Source: Gemmatimonadota bacterium
GTDB lineage: Bacteria; Gemmatimonadota; Gemmatimonadetes; Gemmatimonadales; GWC2-71-9
Assembly: GCA_036679605.1 (NCBI GenBank)
Contig: JAZDCZ010000407.1
Span: 1-64,000 of the forward strand
Reading direction: 5' to 3'
Length of the DNA stretch: 64,000 nucleotides
Made by a program: the position numbers and the translations under genes. This document shows positions 9,538-19,281 of the stretch, piece after piece. Each line of letters opens with the position of its first letter. The stretch's first letter is position 1. The notes beneath the pieces are model-generated. The model saw nothing but the letters and a program-made list of their open reading frames with translations. It was not told the origin of the DNA and searched no databases.

Positions 9538-10499
9538 GATTCGGATCGAACACCAGATGTGTCGTCACTGGCGGCTTGGGGTTCATCGGTAGCCACTTCA
9601 TCGAGAAGGCTCTTTCCTCGGGGTGGCACATCATCAACATCGACAAAGTGACTTACGCATCGCGGGACATCGACTTCGGCGGCAATCCCAAGTACAGGCA
9701 CATCAAGGAGGACATCTCGGAGATCGCCGACCTGCCATTCTGCCACCTGATTGTGAACTTCGCCGCAGAGTCTCATGTGGACAACTCCATAGACGGCTCC
9801 ATGCCTTTCGTGAAGTCCAACTTCCTAGGCGTACACAACCTGCTGGAGATACTCCGCAGGAAGATGCAAGAGAACGCCAGCAAGTCGTGGTCCTACTCGC
9901 CGCCGCTGTTCCTGCAGATATCCACCGACGAGGTCTTCGGCGACATCCTGCACGGCTTCTTCAAGGAGGACGCCCGCTTCAACCCCTCGAATCCCTACTC
10001 GGCCACCAAAGCAGCGGCGGAGATGCTGGTGGTCGCATGGGCGAGGACATATGGGATACCGTACATGCTCACTAGAACCACCAACAACTACGGCCCGCAC
10101 CAGCACCCAGAGAAGCTCGTCCCAATGGCGATCTCAAAGTGCCTCAAGGGCGAGAAACCAATTGTACACGGCTCCGGCGGGTATGTGCGCAACTGGATAC
10201 ATGTGGAGGACAATGTGGACGCCATCATGGCGGTGCTCCAAAAGGGTGAGTTGAACAGTTCCTACCACATCGCCAGTCCGGAGGAGTACACAGTGGTGGA
10301 GATCATCGCCAAGGTGCTCGCGGTGTTCGGCAAGCCATACGATGACTCCACGGTGGATTCCTCGTCGGACAGATCCGGTGCCGACCTTCGGTATGCGTTG
10401 GACACCAGCAGATTGAAGGCGCTTGGGTGGCAGGCCAAGCGGACAATGGACAAGGAACTGCCAAGGATGGTAAAAATCGCTAGGAAGAGTAGGGGGTAA
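9534..10499 (+). CDS. rmlB: dTDP-glucose 4,6-dehydratase-like SDR
   Basis: VTGGLGFIGS, NFAAESHVDNS, ISTDEVFG, YSATK, NNYGPHQHPEK. Confidence 0.9.
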   Translation: MRFGSNTRCVVTGGLGFIGSHFIEKALSSGWHIINIDKVTYASRDIDFGGNPKYRHIKEDISEIADLPFCHLIVNFAAESHVDNSIDGSMPFVKSNFLGVHNLLEILRRKMQENASKSWSYSPPLFLQISTDEVFGDILHGFFKEDARFNPSNPYSATKAAAEMLVVAWARTYGIPYMLTRTTNNYGPHQHPEKLVPMAISKCLKGEKPIVHGSGGYVRNWIHVEDNVDAIMAVLQKGELNSSYHIASPEEYTVVEIIAKVLAVFGKPYDDSTVDSSSDRSGADLRYALDTSRLKALGWQAKRTMDKELPRMVKIARKSRG

Positions 10500-10501
10500 G
10501 C

Positions 10502-11059
10502 ATGGGTAGGAAACACAGACCCAAATGGCACCCGAGAATCGTAGAAGTCGGCGACGGTACATATGGCGCGAATTTGATAACCATACGAGAGTGGCAGCAG
10601 GGTTCGGTGGTGCGCATAGGGAAGTACTGTTCCATAGCTCCTGACATAACTATCCTGCTTGGGGAGAACCACGCCTATGACAGGATAACCACATACCCGT
10701 TTCAGAAGTTGCTGCTGGGTTCCGTGGATGGAGCGAAACCAGACTCGTACACAAATGGAGATGTTGTGATAGGCCATGATGTGTGGTTGGGGATAGGCTC
10801 GACCATAATCAGCGGTATATCCATAGGAAGCGGAGCCATAGTCGCAGCGTATTCGCATGTGGTGAAGGATGTTCCTCCGTATTGTGTTGTTGGCGGTAAT
10901 CCCGCAAGGATCATACGCAAAAGATTCACAGAGGAGGAGATAAACGAGATGCTTGCCTTGAAATGGTGGGATCATGCTGATGTACATAGCATCTCAAAGC
11001 TGCTTATTAGCGGGACAATTCAGGAACTGAAGGCAGCCCTTGCGGAGGCCGGACAATGA
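10502..11059 (+). CDS. CatB/Vat-family hexapeptide O-acetyltransferase
   Basis: IGKYCSIA, TTYPF, GDVVIGHDVWLG, VVKDVPPY..VGGNPA, LKWWD. Confidence 0.92.
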   Translation: MGRKHRPKWHPRIVEVGDGTYGANLITIREWQQGSVVRIGKYCSIAPDITILLGENHAYDRITTYPFQKLLLGSVDGAKPDSYTNGDVVIGHDVWLGIGSTIISGISIGSGAIVAAYSHVVKDVPPYCVVGGNPARIIRKRFTEEEINEMLALKWWDHADVHSISKLLISGTIQELKAALAEAGQ

Positions 11060-11880
11060 GAGTGGTAATTGTGGGATTGGCCAAGTCCGGTACTACGGCA
11101 ATGCTGTACAAAGTTGCAAACTCGTTGAACAATCCCGTGGTACTCATGGAACCAGTACGCCCTTGGAAAGAGCGTAGCTGGCGAAGAAAAAACCGCGTAG
11201 GGCAAGATGCTGTTGCCAAATTGCTTATAGGAAAGTTTGCACCTAACTCGGTAGCTTGGTCGTACGATGATTCAAAGCCTTTGGAGATAACTCCATTAGA
11301 TTACGGTAGTTTTGGTTGTTTTGAGAAGAAGGTTTTTATAGTCCGCGATCCGCAGGACATAATAGTAAGCCATATGTTACATAGAGCACAGTTCTATGTC
11401 GGTAGTGATTCCGGTATACGCAAATATCTGGACTTGTTAATGGAAAAAGAACTAGCCCCGCAATCAAAATCCATTTTGCCGTTAGTACTTCCAGTCTTGG
11501 ATATGGCTTACCTTCAGTATGTGTTTGACGCTGGAATCGCTTTTGTTACGGAGCATACTGATTACTTTATCATCACATACGAGGATTTCATAGCTGGTAA
11601 TTTGGCATCGTTGGAGAGATACTTAGGTGTGAACCTCACTGGTTCCGCCACCGTTGATTCTGAATGGCTTTGCTTGGTGCGCACTAAAAGCAGCGGTAGC
11701 TGGAGGAAATGGTTTTCGCCAGAGGATGTTGCGTTTTTCAAGTCGATGCTCACACCTTACATGTCCGCTTTCGGGTATGACTTGGAAGATTGGGAAGTTG
11801 GAAAAGACGAGTCAATACCGCCATCCGAGGGATCCGAGTATGTCAAACGGTGGCTTGTTGTAGGTAATGCAGCAGGATGA
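11056..11880 (+). CDS. Sulfotransferase-like protein
   Basis: GLAKSGTT (5'-PSB), VRDPQDIIVS, YEDF, RTKSSGSW. Confidence 0.75.
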   Translation: MRVVIVGLAKSGTTAMLYKVANSLNNPVVLMEPVRPWKERSWRRKNRVGQDAVAKLLIGKFAPNSVAWSYDDSKPLEITPLDYGSFGCFEKKVFIVRDPQDIIVSHMLHRAQFYVGSDSGIRKYLDLLMEKELAPQSKSILPLVLPVLDMAYLQYVFDAGIAFVTEHTDYFIITYEDFIAGNLASLERYLGVNLTGSATVDSEWLCLVRTKSSGSWRKWFSPEDVAFFKSMLTPYMSAFGYDLEDWEVGKDESIPPSEGSEYVKRWLVVGNAAG

Positions 11881-11881
11881 G

Positions 11882-12754
11882 TTATCTTTCCACCTCGTAA
11901 CATATATTTACCATACTTCTGCCGCAGGAGAGCCAGCCCCTCAGCGTGTTGGGCCGCACGCGATGCCCCTTGAGATGCATGCAGCATGTTTGTCTGCTGC
12001 TCCTGCTATCCGGCAGGCGGTATCCTGTTGGCCTCAGCATTTTCATCTTGTCCAATATCCGTTTGCCAGTTTCGCGTATGTAGCGCCTGTCCCGGCTCCC
12101 GCGCAGGCGCGGAATACGTTTCTCCATCCATATGAGCATTTCGTCCGTGCCAGCGACCGGGAACGGGATGTAACCCAGCCCGCGGCTCTTCACACGCAGT
12201 CCGAGTCGCCAGGAACAGTCCTTGGGCTTTCTTCCGGACAGTATCCATCTTCCCTTCCTGGAGTGGTAGCGCACTTTTGGGCGCATGTCCAATTCGGCTA
12301 GCCTTAAATTGCCGCCGTCCACGAAGGTACACCATGAGTTCGGTACATCGCCCACCCAAACCTTGTCCGGATGCACATAAGGTGTTCCGACAAGGAATCT
12401 GCCGTCTATGTGGCTTTCGCACCACGGTCTCCAGCGGGAGGATGTTATGATGATGTCCGGATCTAGCAGCACGACATGCTCCGATGTAGTCTTTGATATA
12501 AGCCTGTTCAGCATCTCGCCGTGTTGTAGGTTTCCGGACGGTTCGCCTGTGTGGAAGTTGTCTATGTGCAGCGACCCCATGTCGTATTTCAGGCAGGTGC
12601 GCTCCAACAGCTCGGCTAGGCGCGCATTGCCGGAGTTGTTCGACACTAGGATGTTCACGGACGGCAAATCCGCGAACTTAGAGAGGGAGTAGAGCAGGAT
12701 ATCCAGACACTTTATGTCCCACTCGTTACATGTAGCCACGCACATGTCAGGCAT
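11882..12754 (-). CDS. Putative GT2-like glycosyltransferase (paralog of 6529-7479)
   Basis: QHGEMLN...HVVLLDPDII. Confidence 0.7.
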   Translation of the reverse strand: MPDMCVATCNEWDIKCLDILLYSLSKFADLPSVNILVSNNSGNARLAELLERTCLKYDMGSLHIDNFHTGEPSGNLQHGEMLNRLISKTTSEHVVLLDPDIIITSSRWRPWCESHIDGRFLVGTPYVHPDKVWVGDVPNSWCTFVDGGNLRLAELDMRPKVRYHSRKGRWILSGRKPKDCSWRLGLRVKSRGLGYIPFPVAGTDEMLIWMEKRIPRLRGSRDRRYIRETGKRILDKMKMLRPTGYRLPDSRSSRQTCCMHLKGHRVRPNTLRGWLSCGRSMVNICYEVER

Positions 12755-12836
12755 GTTGCCCTCCTTTGACCGATTCCCGGTGCATATTTCGGGCGCGTAC
12801 TAAAACATAATCTCGATCTTATAACAAAATGGCGCG

Positions 12837-13346
12837 TCAGGTCGTGTTCAGGAGATACATGTTGATGTAGTCTAAGTATTTACCATTGCGGTAGATGGCT
12901 TGGGTGAACCTGCCTTCCTCTTGGAAGTTGTATTTTTTATAGAGACTGATGGCGACTGCATTGGTCTCCAAAACGGACAAATAGGCTCTTCGGCAATTCA
13001 GCACGCCGAACACATAGGCAAGGCATGCCTCAAACATCAATGAACCGAATCCTTTCCCCCTGTGCGACACGGCTATATCCCCGCCGACCATCACACTTCT
13101 GTTGCGAGGGTCGTAGTGATCCAACCGCACGCAGCCTATGATTTCCTCGTCATAATCCAGTACGGCCAACCGCGAGGATGTGGCGGACGCACATATTGAC
13201 TCAAACCATCTCTCCTGCTGTACCTCGTTGACGAGCGTGGTGTCTGTGAGGTTGGCGATTGTCGTCGGGTCGTTGTGTAGCCGCCGCAGGAACTCCAAAT
13301 CGTCCCTCTCGATTGCTCTCAATGATATGGATTTATGCTTGAACAT
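12837..13346 (-). CDS. RimJ/PseH-like GNAT N-acetyltransferase
   Basis: LRAIERDDL, HRGKGFG, LSVLETNAVAISLYKKYNFQEEG. Confidence 0.9.
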   Translation of the reverse strand: MFKHKSISLRAIERDDLEFLRRLHNDPTTIANLTDTTLVNEVQQERWFESICASATSSRLAVLDYDEEIIGCVRLDHYDPRNRSVMVGGDIAVSHRGKGFGSLMFEACLAYVFGVLNCRRAYLSVLETNAVAISLYKKYNFQEEGRFTQAIYRNGKYLDYINMYLLNTT

Positions 13347-13416
13347 TCGGGTCCTCCCAGATTCCCGCTGCCCGGTAAAACAAAAATCATTTCTACCTAT
13401 TATTGTTTGGCTCTGG

Positions 13417-14028
13417 ATGCTGATTGGGATGAGATACGACCCTAGGAAGTATTGGAATGAACGGTATGCGCGGGAGGGAACCTGCACCGTCGGCCGGAGC
13501 GGCATGGACGCCGCAAGGGTCGCCAGTCAGGGGGATATTTTCGCTAGCGCGATTCTGGGCATGTTGCCATTCCGTGCCGCCCGCACGCTCGATTTCGGCT
13601 GCGGTGTGGGCCGTCTGTTCGACGACCTCACGGTGCAGTCTGAGATGTGCCTCGGCGTGGATCTGTGTCAGGAAGCTGTCGCGACGGCCCAGATCAGGCA
13701 TGACAGTCCTTCCTTCTTCCACCTCAAGGCCGACTCCATACCGTTCCCAGATGGGTTTTTTGATTGCACGGTCGCCTGTACTGTGCTACAGCACATCGTG
13801 TCCCCCCCACAGTTTGCCCTTTGGTGCAGGGAGATTGGTCGGGTACTCGCACCGGGTGGATGTATGGTGGTGCTGGACGACAATAGCGTAGGGCGTTCCG
13901 CTGCGCACGTGGAATTTCGCCGCCCGCATGCGGTGGCATCGGCCTTGGGTGTTCTGATCGAAAAGAAGGCTTTGGTGTCCGCCGAGCGAATAAATTCACA
14001 CTGGGTATTCAAGGGGCGGAAGTCATGA
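13417..14028 (+). CDS. Class I SAM-dependent methyltransferase
   Basis: YWNERY, LDFGCGVGR, TVLQHI, RVLAPGG. Confidence 0.9.
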   Translation: MLIGMRYDPRKYWNERYAREGTCTVGRSGMDAARVASQGDIFASAILGMLPFRAARTLDFGCGVGRLFDDLTVQSEMCLGVDLCQEAVATAQIRHDSPSFFHLKADSIPFPDGFFDCTVACTVLQHIVSPPQFALWCREIGRVLAPGGCMVVLDDNSVGRSAAHVEFRRPHAVASALGVLIEKKALVSAERINSHWVFKGRKS

Positions 14029-14558
14029 AGATGATGATAATGGCCGCGATACCAAGGTCGGGCAGCACATGGTTCTGCCGTTCGCTCGCCGGAAAGCCAC
14101 AGGGCGACACTTGGGGCGTTGGCGATCCGCATATCGTGAAGACACATTTCCCCGCCCCTGCCACTCCGCTGCCCGGCGGTTGGTGCGCTGTGTTTATGTT
14201 CGGAGATCCAGTAGCGTCTGTCGTCTCCACCCTGAAGAACCGCAACGAAGGTACGCATTACTGGAACTGCGCCTGTTCCATGCCGTTTGGGTCGGTGGAT
14301 TTGCGCGACGCGGATTGGTTGGGATATGAGAGGATGTTTGACTCCTGGACATCCTTCCCTGGTACACTATGCCTTCGATACGAGACGGCGCACGAGCATG
14401 TCGCGGAGATCACGGCCCACACAGAGAGACAGTTCGACTTTCTGCCTCTCCGCAGGCGGACCGGCAGGGCGTGGCTCAGGGACGTGTCGAGGATCGAGAT
14501 GACATACGCGTCGCTTTGCCGTAAGATCGACGCGGCTCAGGATTGTTGGACGGTCTAG
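14025..14558 (+). CDS. Sulfotransferase-like protein (short)
   Basis: PRSGSTW, VKTH, DPVASVVS, LRYE. Confidence 0.65.
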   Translation: MKMMIMAAIPRSGSTWFCRSLAGKPQGDTWGVGDPHIVKTHFPAPATPLPGGWCAVFMFGDPVASVVSTLKNRNEGTHYWNCACSMPFGSVDLRDADWLGYERMFDSWTSFPGTLCLRYETAHEHVAEITAHTERQFDFLPLRRRTGRAWLRDVSRIEMTYASLCRKIDAAQDCWTV

Positions 14559-14699
14559 GGCACAGTATGACCTCTGAAGGCCTCGGCATTCCGTATGGTC
14601 TGATTCATGTCCCGCAGGGAATGATCGGGAGCCAAGTCGGCAATACTATAATCTCTAGGTTGCCTCATGTAGTATTGTATACGGGATACAGGTGCCGGC

Positions 14700-15284
14700 A
14701 TGCAGTGGTCAGATATAGATGGGTGGTTCAGCGAACAGGACGCAGAGTTTGTATCGGCTCTGTGTCATAAGGTCAGCGGCATGGTATTGGAGATCGGGGT
14801 CTTTAAGGGCCGTTCTACCGCTGTGATGGCTCCGTTGTGCATCGCTAACGGCTGTGACTACCATATTGTGGACAACTTTTGGGGGACCGAGGAGAGAGAT
14901 CCTGCGACCGTGGCGCAGCGATCGGAGAAGGTACTGACTGCGTTCAGACGCAACATGAAATCCCTCGGTCTGTGGGAGGATATCACCGTCCACAAGTCCG
15001 ACAGCTACGCTGCCACGGTGGCGTTCCAGGACGCCTCGCTGGGGATGTGCTTCGTCGATGCCAACCACACATTCGGTGGTTGCGTCCGTGACATTGAGTC
15101 ATGGTGGCCGAAAATTCGACCCGGCGGCGTACTCGCGGGCCATGACTACTCGGACTCGCGCAGGTTCAGTGTATGCAAGGCGGTGGACAGCTTCGCCGCC
15201 ACCACCGGACTCCAAGTCGAGCACGGACGCGCCAAACGTCGGAGCCAGCGACATGTCTGCTGGGCGATCACCAAGCCGGAGTAG
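14700..15284 (+). CDS. Methyltransferase (Methyltransf_24-like)
   Basis: IDGWFS, LEIGVFKGRST, FVDANHTF, PGGVLAGHDY. Confidence 0.9.
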   Translation: MQWSDIDGWFSEQDAEFVSALCHKVSGMVLEIGVFKGRSTAVMAPLCIANGCDYHIVDNFWGTEERDPATVAQRSEKVLTAFRRNMKSLGLWEDITVHKSDSYAATVAFQDASLGMCFVDANHTFGGCVRDIESWWPKIRPGGVLAGHDYSDSRRFSVCKAVDSFAATTGLQVEHGRAKRRSQRHVCWAITKPE

Positions 15285-15578
15285 ATAGAATCTATCAGCG
15301 ACGGTTGCCAAGGCGGTGTCGTCGATGCCGAAGCTTCTCGCCGCAAACGGTCTCCGCGATCTTGCGTCTTGGACGGCACCACAGCGGACATGGACATGAT
15401 ACGCCACTACAGGCCGACGCACAATGTCGTCCGCCACCCGCCCGGCAACGGGGTGCAGTTGACGGGCCACCACGAGATCATGCTACCCCTGCTGCATCAA
15501 CTCCTAGTTTGATTCAGTCTTGGCTTCGTAGGCTGTTGGGTTGGCTTTCTATAAAGTTTTATTGGGTGATGCCGCTGT

Positions 15579-16049
15579 ATGAGAAACGCGAGACGAGTGG
15601 CTACCAGAATAATGGGCCGATTGAGGCAAGCCGAAAGCGAGGGTGCGAGGCGAGAGAAAGAGATACATGAACTCCAGCAGCAATACAACGCCCCGGCGTA
15701 TGACGATCCCCGCAAGCGGGATGATGAAAACCGTAAGTTGGAAGAGGATTACAAAGCCCCAGCGTATGAGGGTGATCGTGATCAGGAGTGGGAATATGAC
15801 GAGGAGACGGATGATCCGGAATCCGCCGCCGAGGCTCGGTATGGCAACGCTTTACATAATGCGCAAGCGATGCTGGATAAGATTCCTGGCGTGTTCGACT
15901 GGAGCGAACGGTATCCTGAAAGCGCCCACACGATATCAGACTTCCTTATAAGAGCCGCGAAGCCGGGAGCCAGCAAATGGCTGCTGCAACTTGCGCACAA
16001 GTTGGATGCTCTTTACACGGCGCATCGCGACCTAGATAAATTCGCGTAG
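15579..16049 (+). CDS. Hypothetical protein with a basic RRVA-type N-terminus
   Basis: MRNARRVATRIMGRLRQA; internal Y[NK]APAY repeat. Confidence 0.65.
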   Translation: MRNARRVATRIMGRLRQAESEGARREKEIHELQQQYNAPAYDDPRKRDDENRKLEEDYKAPAYEGDRDQEWEYDEETDDPESAAEARYGNALHNAQAMLDKIPGVFDWSERYPESAHTISDFLIRAAKPGASKWLLQLAHKLDALYTAHRDLDKFA

Positions 16050-16106
16050 TGTGCCTGCCGTTTTATGAACTTTTGGGTCCCCGCCCTTTAGAGGAGGAGG
16101 TGCCAC

Positions 16107-16406
16107 ATGGCAATTGACATACCGAGAAGGGACAGGGATCAGGTCAAGGTGGAGGGTGCAGAGCTAGATCAGGTCGTGGAGGTCGCCGAGAATTCTGACG
16201 GCGGCGTGAACAGGGCGGATCATGCGACCGTGGACTCGGCCAGGATCTACGACCACGGCATCAGTGCGCGTGATCACGAGAACATGTCCGCCCAGAGGGT
16301 TATTCGGCAGGATGTGAAGAAGGCTGGTGGATCGCCGGGTTTGGTCACGCCGGATCACAAGAACGAGTCCGGCGGAACTTTGCTGACCGATCCACTCAAT
16401 GGCTAG
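16107..16406 (+). CDS. Hypothetical small protein
   Basis: Strong GGAGGAGG RBS. Confidence 0.7.
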   Translation: MAIDIPRRDRDQVKVEGAELDQVVEVAENSDGGVNRADHATVDSARIYDHGISARDHENMSAQRVIRQDVKKAGGSPGLVTPDHKNESGGTLLTDPLNG

Positions 16407-16614
16407 AGCCTGTGGATTATGACCGCATAGTCAGGCAGGTCGTTGTGGGCATGATGAATCCCCTGCGCGAACGCAGGGACTACGGCGGTAATCAACTCGA
16501 CAAGGGGCGGGGTGCCGCAGGCTGCGATTGTGGGAAGTGTACTGGCGCGCGCGGCTGCGGGTGCTGCAAAAAATGTGGCTGCGGATAGCCGCCCGATAAC
16601 AGGAGGAGTAGGAA

Positions 16615-16971
16615 ATGGCAACCGAAGAGCAAAAGGGCATGGGAAGCAGGCCAGCCATCGTCGTAGGAGCACCACTTTCGGACGAGGGCACAGAGACGCC
16701 AGGAACTGGTGAAGGGAATATCCGAGACGCGGTCGAGAAGACTGCTGACATGGGCATTCAAACGACTGGCCATGCGGGCGACGCGAGTCCCGCTGATGGC
16801 GAAAGGGGCGTGCAACATCAAGATCCGGCTCGTCAGCAATATGAGGCTCAGCAGGGTGAGGATTTCAACAAGAAGGATGTCGTCCGGAATAAGGTGTCTG
16901 GTGGCAAGGCGGAGGGCGGTTTTATCTTTCCGAGTGGCACTGGACAGACTGACTCCTCAACAGCACCGTAA
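16615..16971 (+). CDS. Hypothetical acidic/Gly-rich protein
   Basis: AGGAGGAG RBS; low-complexity composition. Confidence 0.65.
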   Translation: MATEEQKGMGSRPAIVVGAPLSDEGTETPGTGEGNIRDAVEKTADMGIQTTGHAGDASPADGERGVQHQDPARQQYEAQQGEDFNKKDVVRNKVSGGKAEGGFIFPSGTGQTDSSTAP

Positions 16972-17064
16972 GGGAGAACCGTAGGCATAAGGGCGTGTGA
17001 CTTATTGTCAGTTGTCGTCAGGCGTCGTCTGACCGCAGCATTGGCCCGATAAGCAGATACCATT

Positions 17065-18057
17065 ATGAGCCTCTTGACAAAGTTTGCCTCGTTAGTCACC
17101 AGAACCGCTGGCCCTCGGACGCCTAAGCGCCCAGAGACCCTTGAGGAGTTGGTCGGCCAGTCTGGTTTCGTCGAGCAGGTGCAGCTCATCCTCGCAGGTG
17201 TTCGCAAGGGAAAACCTTTAGGACACATTCTTCTAGCAGGCCCCCCCGGCACTGGCAAGACGACGATAGCCGAAGTCATAGCGCACGAGGTCGGTGGTCG
17301 CCTCATAAAGACTGAGGGAAAATCGTTGGATAGTGCGAAGGCCGTGCGAATTTTGTTGGCTGGATTGCGCGACGGCGATATTGTCTTCGTGGACGAGGCT
17401 CACGGGATTCCCCGGAAAGTACAGGATTCCCTGCTTATCCCGCTGGAGTCCAACGAGATGGAAATCAGAACCCAAGCCGGATCGCAAAGGGTGAAGCTAC
17501 CCCGATGGACCATGATTGCTGCTACCACCCTGCCGCAGAAGCTAGATCCGGCGTTCAAGCGCCGCTTTCCCAATAAGTTCATGCTTAAGTTGCTCTCGCC
17601 GGAGGATTTGGTTCCGATAGCGAAGGGGATGGCTGATTCTATGGGCCTTGAATACACCGACGGGGCGATAAGATTGCTCGCTGAGATGGGTCACGGTACG
17701 CCGGGGATCACGAAGAACATGCTTGATAGCGTGGAGAACGCCATGTTCCGCATGCGTGAAACGGGCGAAAAGTCTGACAATGTGATAGACGAGGATGTGG
17801 TCAGGTTCATGCAGAAGAAGACTGGTCGGGATCGCATGGGTTTGGATAGCAACCAGCGAGCCATCCTTGAGACCTTGGCGAACAGCCCGTCTGGGCAACG
17901 GACTTCCCTGAACGCGTTGGCCGACATGACTGGACTGGATCGGAACGCGATCGAGTCCAGCTTTGAACCGTTACTGATTCGTTTCGGCCTCATGCGCCGA
18001 GGCCATGGTGGCCGTGAGATAACCGAGAAGGGCCGCTCCCATCTGGCGATTGCTTAG
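17065..18057 (+). CDS. ruvB: RuvB-like Holliday junction branch-migration AAA+ ATPase
   Basis: RPETLEELVGQ, HILLAGPPGTGKTT, FVDEAH, WTMIAATT, GTPG, DRMGLD, EPLLI..GL.RR..GREIT. Confidence 0.88.
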   Translation: MSLLTKFASLVTRTAGPRTPKRPETLEELVGQSGFVEQVQLILAGVRKGKPLGHILLAGPPGTGKTTIAEVIAHEVGGRLIKTEGKSLDSAKAVRILLAGLRDGDIVFVDEAHGIPRKVQDSLLIPLESNEMEIRTQAGSQRVKLPRWTMIAATTLPQKLDPAFKRRFPNKFMLKLLSPEDLVPIAKGMADSMGLEYTDGAIRLLAEMGHGTPGITKNMLDSVENAMFRMRETGEKSDNVIDEDVVRFMQKKTGRDRMGLDSNQRAILETLANSPSGQRTSLNALADMTGLDRNAIESSFEPLLIRFGLMRRGHGGREITEKGRSHLAIA

Positions 18058-18107
18058 TGATCGTCCAATTTTAAGCCGCGTATGACTTAGATTCCCTAGA
18101 ATGGATC

Positions 18108-18866
18108 ATGTTTTTGCAGATAATAGGCCAACGCCCTACCCCTGGCATGGTTATGGGCATAGACGAAGCTGGCAAAGGGTGCGTGCTGGGCGACCTTGTC
18201 ATAGGTGCCGTACTTTGGAAGGACGAGGAGGCACCAATTGAGGGTCTTCGAGACAGTAAAATGCTTTCCGCCAAACGCCGTGAAAGCCTTTTCAGAGAGT
18301 TGAAGTCCATCTGCTCTTGCGTTACGGTCTCTTTGCATGCCGATGAGATAACCGCTTGTCGGAAATCTTTACTAAAATATATCACGATTGGTGGTAAACG
18401 ACTTCCAATCGGCAATATACTGGATTTGCAGATAGCCGCGACCCGTATGTTGCTGTATCGGTTCATGCCTCGGCGCGCGATCATTGACTGCCCGCACGCC
18501 AACCCGCCGAAGTTCACCAAGCTTGTAGCCCCCTCCGGTGTGGACATCATCGCAGAACACAAGGCTGATCGCCACCACAAAATAGTGTCGGCGGGCAGCA
18601 TTGTGGCCAAGGTCCTGCGTGACAGGAAGCTGAAACGCATAGCTGATTTCTTCGGCGTGGATTTGGGCTGCGGTTACCCTAGCGATGTCAAGACAAGAGC
18701 CTGGCTAGAATCACTGGCAGGCGTGACGAATCTCGACACTAGCCGCGTGGTGCGGTGGAACTGGTCCACATGTCAAGACATACTTGGCTCGAAACGCGTG
18801 GCATCAGAACTCCTGCGAGTTGATTCAGATAGCCTTATTGGGAGACAGTATGTCGAAGAAGAGTAA
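18108..18866 (+). CDS. rnhB: Ribonuclease HII (archaeal/eukaryal-like signature)
   Basis: GIDEAGKG, DSKML, EHKAD..IVSAGSIVAKVLRD, GCGYPSD. Start codon uncertain. Confidence 0.9.
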   Translation: MFLQIIGQRPTPGMVMGIDEAGKGCVLGDLVIGAVLWKDEEAPIEGLRDSKMLSAKRRESLFRELKSICSCVTVSLHADEITACRKSLLKYITIGGKRLPIGNILDLQIAATRMLLYRFMPRRAIIDCPHANPPKFTKLVAPSGVDIIAEHKADRHHKIVSAGSIVAKVLRDRKLKRIADFFGVDLGCGYPSDVKTRAWLESLAGVTNLDTSRVVRWNWSTCQDILGSKRVASELLRVDSDSLIGRQYVEEE

Positions 18867-19281
18867 AGCGAAGAATCCTGACACGACAATGGAAGCCGCT
18901 ACGGACAATTCTGACACAACGAGGGAAACCACTGTGGGCAGGCAGGCTGAAGCCATTTTGAACCGACTCACCGACCTAGAGCAGGCGATGGGGGCGATTT
19001 CGGGAGCCATAGACATATTTGAGTCCCTGCTGGGCTTGTGCCAAAGGGTGGCCGTGAAGTCGCAGCTTGCGGCGTCGGTCGCAGAGAGGTTCGCGACTTG
19101 GCCACCGTTGACTCTCCTGCATTCCGCCGCGTCCGTGCCGCAGCGGGATCTCATGGAGGAGATGGAAAGGATGTCTAGCGAACTGGCTAGGCTAGGCGCG
19201 GAATACAGGTTATTGAAGAGTGAGCAGAGAGATGCGGCCGCGTTCAAGGCCAAGAGAGAGAGGGACACCGATGGCGACTAA
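18850..19281 (+). CDS. Hypothetical coiled-coil protein
   Basis: GGAG RBS; overlaps both neighbours. Confidence 0.6.
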   Translation: MSKKSKAKNPDTTMEAATDNSDTTRETTVGRQAEAILNRLTDLEQAMGAISGAIDIFESLLGLCQRVAVKSQLAASVAERFATWPPLTLLHSAASVPQRDLMEEMERMSSELARLGAEYRLLKSEQRDAAAFKAKRERDTDGD

